A stretch of 32,000 nucleotides of DNA, from contig JBHLMI010000005.1 of assembly GCA_048938295.1 (NCBI GenBank), positions 1 through 32,000 of the forward strand. Reading direction: 5' to 3'. Both the position numbers and the translations under genes were made by a program. The notes beneath the pieces were generated by a model. The model made no database searches. It had not been told where the DNA came from and saw only the letters and a list, made by a program, of their open reading frames with translations. Origin of the DNA: Promethearchaeota archaeon. Its GTDB lineage: Archaea; Asgardarchaeota; Hermodarchaeia; Hermodarchaeales; Hermodarchaeaceae. Shown piece after piece: positions 26,019 through 32,000 of this stretch. Position 1 is the first letter of the stretch. Each line of letters opens with the position of its first letter.

Positions 26019-26804
26019 GTGTCAGAAAACAAGCAATCAACAAAAACCCCCATTGCAGAACCCTTCATTCAAATAGTGCCGGCAGGGAAAAAGGTGAAAT
26101 TAGCCAAAGAACCGATTCTCATAATAGGATTTCCCGGTCCCGGTTTGGTGGGGATGATATCTGCAGGTCGAATGATTGATGGGTTAGATATGAAGCTAAT
26201 CGCGGCAATCCGTTCACCACTTATTCCGCCAGTAACACCCTTCTTCGGTGGTATTCTTCGATTACCCATTCGCATTCATGCCAGTGATGATGGAAAATTA
26301 CTGACCGTCATTTCTGAATTCCCTTTACCCATGGAAACCATCTTCTTCGTGGCAAACCGTATTTTAGATTGGGCAACAGAAAATGGCGTCAAAAAGGTTG
26401 TCTGCATCGAAGGAATTGGTGTTGAAAAACGTACAGAGGCCCCTGAAGTCTTTGGTGCCGCAGAATCTCATCTTCTAGCTGAACTCGAGAAATTCGCGGT
26501 TCCTCGGGTTCAGAAAGGACTTGTTGCGGGGATTGCAGGAGCAATATTGAACGAATGCTTAATTCGAAATCTGGATGGATATGTACTACTAGCGACTGCA
26601 AATGCTGAAACCCCAGATCCAGAAGCTGCAGCAACAATGCTTTCTACGGTGAATCGGTTCTTAGACGTGGATGTGAGTATCCAACCATTAATTCAAAATC
26701 AGTCGGCCATCAAAGCTCAGCTCAATGATTTGGCAAAAGAAGCAAAGCGAGAAGAGCAGGCAGCTCAAGAGCATGGTTTTCGACCTATTCCCTTCTATGT
26801 TTAG
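26019..26804 (+). CDS. Proteasome assembly chaperone family protein (PAC2/PbaA-B type)
   Basis: IIGFPGPGLVGMI, LPIRIHA, GIAGAIL, PDPEAAA and LIQNQSAIKAQL. C-terminus PFYV contains a penultimate Tyr (HbYX-like). Confidence 0.88.
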   Translation: MSENKQSTKTPIAEPFIQIVPAGKKVKLAKEPILIIGFPGPGLVGMISAGRMIDGLDMKLIAAIRSPLIPPVTPFFGGILRLPIRIHASDDGKLLTVISEFPLPMETIFFVANRILDWATENGVKKVVCIEGIGVEKRTEAPEVFGAAESHLLAELEKFAVPRVQKGLVAGIAGAILNECLIRNLDGYVLLATANAETPDPEAAATMLSTVNRFLDVDVSIQPLIQNQSAIKAQLNDLAKEAKREEQAAQEHGFRPIPFYV

Positions 26805-26891
26805 ACAACACATAACTAAGATTGATGGGTCATTTTCCATCTCGGAACTATATGATCCTAGATCGACATAAGAAGTAGAAACGTTAACAAT

Positions 26892-27167
26892 TCATTCGTC
26901 TGGGAAATAATCGAGCATTAGCTCAAGCATTTCTTGGCGTTCGTCTTCGTCAACTTCGCGTTTCTTGCGCTTCTTATCCCCTTCATCTTCTTCCACGACT
27001 ACGATAAAGTCTCGTTCTGTGTGGCGGATGGGAAACTTAACCTTATAGCCTTGAGTTTCCTTTGTGGAAGATTTGTAACCACAAGAACATTTGAGTACTG
27101 TTTTCCCTTCTTTGTTTTTTTCCGGGCGTAATAAGCTTCCACATTTCGGGCAAAATTCTATAGTCAT
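26892..27167 (-). CDS. TFS/RpoM paralogue: N-terminal Zn ribbon and linker only, with an acidic tail
   Basis: EFCPKCGSLLRP...LKCSCGY, linker HTERDFIVVVEE. The C-terminal Zn ribbon with the ADEP catalytic hairpin is absent. Confidence 0.8.
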   Translation of the reverse strand: MTIEFCPKCGSLLRPEKNKEGKTVLKCSCGYKSSTKETQGYKVKFPIRHTERDFIVVVEEDEGDKKRKKREVDEDERQEMLELMLDYFPDE

Positions 27168-27235
27168 TACCCCCCAAAACTTTCATTTCGAGGGATGCCG
27201 CGAGTATGAGGCACTTAAACCTTTCGTATTTCTCT

Positions 27236-27886
27236 TTACGCCTTTTCTAAACTTTCGAGAATCTCTTTTGTCGCATCAACGAGGTGTGTGGTTGTGAGTT
27301 GTAGCGATTCTTTGGATTTTGCCTTTTTGATTGCTTGAACCAGAATTTGAGTCTGGAGCATACGGATTTCGCGCACCTGTTGTCCGTTTACACCTTCTGT
27401 GGCCTCAAAGAGAATTGAGTCGATTACTCCTGGCAGTATTTCCCAGTAGTATTGCGTTGCATCCTCTGTCATCCGTTTTTCCCAGCGACTTAATACGCGG
27501 CGAGTTAGGGGTTCTTTGGTGAACACTTTCCAGGTTTCATTTAACTTTATTATGCCATTTTCATCAAATCTTACCCGTAGTGTAACGCGTGTTTGTGATC
27601 TTTTTTTGGGTTTACCTTTCTTAATTTCCTTTACCTCTGAAATCAGTCCAAGCTCTTCTCGAGGGCTGAGCAGCCAAGACTTGGGTGTGATTTTGGTATC
27701 TGCAATTCCTTGGATTAGGTATGAAAATTGTCGTTTCCGGAGATCGGTTTTTGTTTCGCCCATACTTTCCCCGTCAATGAGCATTACCACTCGACCGCTC
27801 CGTTCATGGCGTTGTTCAACGCTTATAATTCGTACAGTGCCTTTAGGAGTCTCATCTTTAGATTTTGGCAGCGGCGTTTTAGACAC
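27236..27886 (-). CDS. Hypothetical protein; C-terminus resembles a histone fold or AAA+ lid domain
   Basis: 216-aa ORF. aa 121-210 align by eye to archaeal histone HMfA (see findings). Confidence 0.65.
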   Translation of the reverse strand: MSKTPLPKSKDETPKGTVRIISVEQRHERSGRVVMLIDGESMGETKTDLRKRQFSYLIQGIADTKITPKSWLLSPREELGLISEVKEIKKGKPKKRSQTRVTLRVRFDENGIIKLNETWKVFTKEPLTRRVLSRWEKRMTEDATQYYWEILPGVIDSILFEATEGVNGQQVREIRMLQTQILVQAIKKAKSKESLQLTTTHLVDATKEILESLEKA

Positions 27887-28007
27887 GGTTCACGTATCTC
27901 CAGTGCACTCCCCGATTGAGAGGCGGCATAAATAGATTTCTTTTCTGCTGTTGTGTGAATGCGCATTTCTGTTCTGAAAGATTGAATGCGATTCGATTTT
28001 GAGAACT

Positions 28008-28415
28008 TTAGAAGTATAAATCAGCAGTTTCCAAGAGCTGTGGTTGTTCTGTGATGATAAATAGAAGTTTTACAATTGCATCTTTGTCTTCTTTGAGGAC
28101 TTGTAGGAATTGTTCTGGCCAGACACCTACGATATATGCTGTTTCGTTCCCACCTAATTCACCTAAGAAGGTCACTGTAAGTTTGGTGGCGGTAACAAGA
28201 AGAAGGAGAAATGGTGCCTGAAGTCGTTCGCCTTGTGGACCCTTCGTCAATTGGATGAGGTTAAGATGTACTGAATATGTTGATTGTTCTTTTATGCGGG
28301 ATTGCAGTTTTTGAAGCCAGCCTGATTGGACCTCATAATATTGTCCAAAAGCAGCCTGTAAATCAATGAATGTGTGTTTAGATCCTTCAGTGAGCTCTAC
28401 AGTCCATATATTCAT
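28008..28415 (-). CDS. Hypothetical protein
   Basis: 135-aa ORF filling the gap between genes on the same strand, with a normal globular composition. No motif recognised. Confidence 0.65.
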   Translation of the reverse strand: MNIWTVELTEGSKHTFIDLQAAFGQYYEVQSGWLQKLQSRIKEQSTYSVHLNLIQLTKGPQGERLQAPFLLLLVTATKLTVTFLGELGGNETAYIVGVWPEQFLQVLKEDKDAIVKLLFIITEQPQLLETADLYF

Positions 28416-28487
28416 GAAAACCCCTTAAGCATCTTGATTTGACAAGCATTGAAATTAAAGCCTTCTGACTAAGCTTGGAATGCGAAT

Positions 28488-29195
28488 TTAGAATCGAGTT
28501 ATAATCTTATGTTGCTGTGCATATTGCGCAATACGGGTTAATTCATCGGGAGTAAAAGCCCTGGTTAATGATGAATCTAGGACTGTCCTAGCCGGACGAA
28601 ACTGCTGCAGCACATAATGTTTTGATCCAACCCACTGACGTATCAAGTCAAGTTGTTCTAAGGTATCGATGAGGGAGGGTACAAGAGTTGTGCGAAATTC
28701 ATAGCTTATTTTTGATGATTTGAGGAGGTTGATAGTCTCGTTGATCTGCGCCAAGATAGCTCCGGTTGATTGAGTTACATTAGCATATTGGGTTTGATCT
28801 GGGACAGTCTTGAGGTCCACAGCGATGTAATCAACTAGGTTCGCCTCAAGTAATTCTTGGACAACGTCAGGTTTGGTACCGTTTGTCATCAATCCGAATT
28901 CTAAGCCGTTCTGCTTCGTCCATTCTGCGAGGGCTTTCAATGGAGCGGGTTGAAGTGTGGGTTCCCCCCCGGTAGCGATAACTCCATCTATGAGATACTG
29001 ATTCGGCTCCAGTTCAGGATAGAGTCGCTCTAACTCGATTTTGTACTGGTCGAGGAACTCAAGAAGTGGTCCATTAAAACAGAACCGGCATCGGAGGTTA
29101 CACCCGACGAAGAAAATTACACAGGAGACTTTCGAGGGCCAATCAGTTGTGCTTAGAAGAGGCTTTCCCGCGACATAAGCTTGCACACTAGCCAC
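28488..29195 (-). CDS. nrdG: Anaerobic RNR activating enzyme (radical SAM, glycyl-radical activase)
   Basis: DWPSKVSCVIFFVGCNLRCRFCFN (CxxxCxxC), TGGEPTLQ, TNGTKP, YIAVDLK and EFRTT. Confidence 0.88.
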   Translation of the reverse strand: MASVQAYVAGKPLLSTTDWPSKVSCVIFFVGCNLRCRFCFNGPLLEFLDQYKIELERLYPELEPNQYLIDGVIATGGEPTLQPAPLKALAEWTKQNGLEFGLMTNGTKPDVVQELLEANLVDYIAVDLKTVPDQTQYANVTQSTGAILAQINETINLLKSSKISYEFRTTLVPSLIDTLEQLDLIRQWVGSKHYVLQQFRPARTVLDSSLTRAFTPDELTRIAQYAQQHKIITRF

Positions 29196-29375
29196 CCAGT
29201 GCTTTTTTGAAGACGTGTTCGTGTAAAAGGAGAACCTTCCTCAATAAAATATCTCGTATTCAGCTGTTGTGCTAAGGATTTCATACACGTTGTTGTGTCT
29301 CTCCCTAAATTCGGCTTTTCAGCGATGGTGGAGACTATAAGAGTCTTTGAAATAAAAGGAGAGAGGCAAGCTTAC

Positions 29376-29939
29376 ATGATTGGACAGCAGGCTCCGCTAG
29401 TCAAAGTTATCATTGCAGGGGCAAGTCAGGTGGGAAAAACAAGTTTGATACACAATTATGTCTTCGAAGAATTCATCGAGGTGTCTCCAACAATTGGAAT
29501 AAATTTTGCTCAAAAAATCGGATTGGGAGTCAAAGGACCATTAAATCTAAGTATTTGGGATTTAAGCGGTGAAAACCGGTTTCAGTTTCTGATGCCGCAG
29601 TTTTGTTCTGGTGCAATTGGAGTCATTTTGGTGTGTGATTTGACCAGACCAGCAACATTGGAGGAGGCTATTGTTTGGCTTGATATAGTTCATCAGTGTG
29701 CCCATCCTTCCCACCATAAAGCCGTTATTCTAGCAGGAAATAAAGCAGATCTAATGCCCCGAATTACAGACACAGAGGTTCACCAATTTTGTAAAGGTTA
29801 TGAAATCGCTGGATACATCGAGTGTTCAGCAAAAACGGGTCGGAATGTAGATCAGTTGTTTGAAAGGTTATGTAGCGTTATTCAAAACAGTCTCCCAGAA
29901 TTCTGTCAGCCTCCTAGACAATATACACAGGTTTTGTGA
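29376..29939 (+). CDS. Rab-like small GTPase (second)
   Basis: G1 GASQVGKTS, G2 SPTIG, G3 WDLSGE, G4 NKAD, G5 ECSAK. ATG 29376 follows the purine-rich AGGAGAGAGG; the ORF-track start at 29295 is likely overextended. Confidence 0.9.
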   Translation: MIGQQAPLVKVIIAGASQVGKTSLIHNYVFEEFIEVSPTIGINFAQKIGLGVKGPLNLSIWDLSGENRFQFLMPQFCSGAIGVILVCDLTRPATLEEAIVWLDIVHQCAHPSHHKAVILAGNKADLMPRITDTEVHQFCKGYEIAGYIECSAKTGRNVDQLFERLCSVIQNSLPEFCQPPRQYTQVL

Positions 29940-30006
29940 AACGGAAAGTCTTTTACTTCAAGTCATTAACGTGAAGTTGAAACAAGGTGGGAGGAGACAG
30001 CAACCT

Positions 30007-30933
30007 GTGCGTCCACCGTGCGAAATTATGGTAAATCAGGTATTACCCGCACTCCGAGCCCTTATTAGCCATCATCTGATTGAAGACTTCGGGTTCACTC
30101 AAACTCAGATAGCAAAAGTACTTGGTATAACACAGGCTAGCGTATCACGGGGACTTAAGCAACTGAGCAGGTTCGAATCGTATTTCTCTCCTGGAGTAAA
30201 AAAAGCTGCAAGGGAATTTGCGGAAACACTAGCACAAGAAAGACAATCCTTGGACGAAAGTATCGAACGGCTTTGTATATTCTGCCAAAATCAAAAAATT
30301 GGAGGCCTATTGTGCCGATTGCATCGCAGAGAAAATCCCGAATTAGAGACCTGTGAGGTGTGTATCCGAGGTGTTGCACCGAATCTGCGAGCAGGTATTT
30401 TAGAGAACCTGTTGCACGGGATGGACATTCTGCGGGAATCCTCAACATTTCCTCATGTAATCCCACAGGTTCAATCCCAACTGGTAATGAGCCTTCCTGA
30501 AGCTACCAACGTGGATGAAGTGGCAGGATTCCCTAGCCGAATCGGGATTCACAACAATCAAGCTCATACATTCACTGGACCCGAATTTGGAGCCTCAAAA
30601 CACTTAGCCGCTATCCTTCTCCAAGTTCAACAGTCCAATACTGAAAAACAAGCTGCCATTGTCATTAAGTACTTGGAAGGGATGGAAAAAGAATTCACTC
30701 AGCATAATTTACGATACCTTACTGTCACCCGAGAAGGAGTTACAACTAATGCAGATACAGACAAAGCGCTCCTAGTTGCTATCAAAAAAGCAATTGCCAA
30801 ACGAAAACTGTTTGATGTAATTATTGACAAAGGATTCTTCGGAATCGAACCGGTTGCATATATCTTCGCTGATACGGCTGAGCTTGCGGCAACTAGGGCA
30901 GATGCTGTAAGCCGGACCATATTTGAGTTATAG
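30007..30933 (+). CDS. HTH-ThiN (ThiR-like) transcriptional regulator with a Cys/His cluster
   Basis: GTG start RPPCE after GGAGGAG. HTH TQTQIAKVLGITQASVS, Cys cluster CIFC/CRLH/CEVC, and ThiN domain IPQVQSQL...VAGFPSRI...PEFGASKHLA...GIEPVAYIFA. Confidence 0.8.
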   Translation: MRPPCEIMVNQVLPALRALISHHLIEDFGFTQTQIAKVLGITQASVSRGLKQLSRFESYFSPGVKKAAREFAETLAQERQSLDESIERLCIFCQNQKIGGLLCRLHRRENPELETCEVCIRGVAPNLRAGILENLLHGMDILRESSTFPHVIPQVQSQLVMSLPEATNVDEVAGFPSRIGIHNNQAHTFTGPEFGASKHLAAILLQVQQSNTEKQAAIVIKYLEGMEKEFTQHNLRYLTVTREGVTTNADTDKALLVAIKKAIAKRKLFDVIIDKGFFGIEPVAYIFADTAELAATRADAVSRTIFEL

Positions 30934-31003
30934 ATGAAGGTTGAACACCTTATGGAAAAGGAAAAGTTCAATAGGATAAGCATCCTTCTTCACGCGAATT
31001 CAT

Positions 31004-32000
31004 ATGATTGGACAGCCAGATTGGGAAAATATTGCTAAATTCGTGCAAGACGGGCAACTGCCCTTTCCACATTCTTGTGTAAAGGAACAAGTACGTAAGA
31101 GTACACTCGAATGGGAGGAAGTCCCTGGACCAATTCCGACGAATGAACACCCATTTGATATTATTCGAGCCTCGATTAAACGAACAGTTGCCAGATACAA
31201 TATCAAGAGAGTGGGAGTCTGGCTAAGCGGCGGAATCGACAGTAGCTTGATGACAGCACTAACCGCTGAGGTATTAGGACCCAAAAATGTAACTGCCTAT
31301 ACTTTGCGATTTGAAGGTAGTGATGAAAGTCCTAACGCCAAAGTAACTGTTGATCACGTTGGCTGTAATTGGAAAGTTGAGGACATGACGTTAGATGATC
31401 ATTGTAGATTGCTTCGAGCTACGATTCGAAATGCCCTAGCGCCCGTTGGATTTACTACTCACAAACTTCGAATAGCACAGATAAGCAACGAAGAAGAGCA
31501 TGTTTTTTCGGCTCTTGGACTTGATGAATTATGTGGTGGATATCATGCACACGTTTGGGCTTCTGATGATGAGTTTGCTGAGGTTGAAAGACAAAAGTTT
31601 GAGGAGGCCAGTTACAACTTCGTTTGGATCAACGCACAAGAGAGTAAACAGGCTCGATTTAAACTCCATTATCCTTACCTCGACCCTGAGGTAATCGGAA
31701 AGTTCAGATCGTTCCCCCGAGAGTTAAAGACCCATGGTGACGAAACAAAGGTGATGATACGTAAAGAACTTCAAGAAAGTACTATTCTTCCCCCCTCAAC
31801 TATCGAACTGGGAAGAGTTGCTGGGACAAAGGGTGGATTTCTTCCCAATATCCTCACCTGGTGGAATCAGGGTTATGGTAAATGGGCACTTTCACAAGCT
31901 AAAGAAGGACAGCGCCTGTTGGATGAGAATCTCCCGGATAATCCGGTCAATATGGGAAGCGGAATGATGATTCGATTAGAGACTTTTGTACGTAGTTCAT
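31004..32000 (+). CDS. Second asparagine-synthase C-terminal-like protein, 3'-partial (not in the ORF track)
   Basis: Manual translation from ATG 31004 is open to the window end: MIGQPDWENIAKF...VWLSGGIDSSL...FEGSDES...LGLDELCGGY...YPYLDPEV...ETKVMIRK...TKGGF. No glutaminase domain. Confidence 0.85.
   Translation, partial: MIGQPDWENIAKFVQDGQLPFPHSCVKEQVRKSTLEWEEVPGPIPTNEHPFDIIRASIKRTVARYNIKRVGVWLSGGIDSSLMTALTAEVLGPKNVTAYTLRFEGSDESPNAKVTVDHVGCNWKVEDMTLDDHCRLLRATIRNALAPVGFTTHKLRIAQISNEEEHVFSALGLDELCGGYHAHVWASDDEFAEVERQKFEEASYNFVWINAQESKQARFKLHYPYLDPEVIGKFRSFPRELKTHGDETKVMIRKELQESTILPPSTIELGRVAGTKGGFLPNILTWWNQGYGKWALSQAKEGQRLLDENLPDNPVNMGSGMMIRLETFVRSS

Noticed and set aside
29860-30006. N-terminal extension of the HTH-ThiN ORF overlapping the GTPase gene
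   Set aside because: A GTG at 30007 with a GGAGGAG ribosome-binding site gives the family-typical MRPPCE start and removes the overlap.
311-31694. The many 60-140 aa ORF-track entries antisense or out-of-frame to recognised genes (e.g. 311-508, 7632-7943, 13153-13488, 14887-15249, 18130-18507, 21286-21624, 27516-27935, 30155-30466)
   Set aside because: They lie largely or wholly within well-supported genes and have no recognisable motifs; treated as shadow ORFs.
1-32000. tRNA, rRNA, SRP RNA or RNase P RNA genes, transposases and integrases
   Set aside because: No cloverleaf with a T-loop consensus, no rRNA-like segment, and no DDE or tyrosine-recombinase motifs were seen by eye; a tRNAscan/Infernal run would be needed to exclude divergent cases.

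Overview
Gene-dense archaeal chromosomal segment, most consistent with an Asgard archaeon. The evidence is two Rab-like small GTPases without prenylation motifs, a roadblock/LC7 protein, an arrestin/Spo0M-fold protein, ribosomal protein L35Ae, an archaeal GTPBP1-like translational GTPase and a PAC2 chaperone; the lineage is an inference, not a database result. Housekeeping and metabolic genes include GGPP synthase, agmatinase, metG, AOR, deoC, an M42 peptidase, a HAD hydrolase, class III RNR (nrdH-like/nrdD, with nrdG about 3 kb away), two glutaminase-less asparagine-synthase-like proteins (the second runs off the window end and is absent from the ORF track) and an HTH-ThiN regulator. No rRNA, tRNA, CRISPR array, transposase or integrase was recognised. 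Main observations beyond the gene list: (1) a 1.7 kb islet after metG bounded by a diverged, codon-preserving relic of the metG 3' end, with a nested 33-bp direct repeat around the flavodoxin gene; (2) a deoC-aor-PAP2 operon in which DeoC carries a C-terminal double CxxCP tail; (3) an unannotated 216-aa protein whose C-terminus aligns without gaps to both halves of the archaeal histone fold but with a 23-aa insert, upstream of a truncated TFS paralogue; (4) a TATA-positioned, 14-bp-stem-closed leader or ncRNA containing a G-quadruplex-type tract upstream of a Rab-like gene; (5) a 1029-aa protein with an HhH domain, a long helical region and a beta-rich tail.
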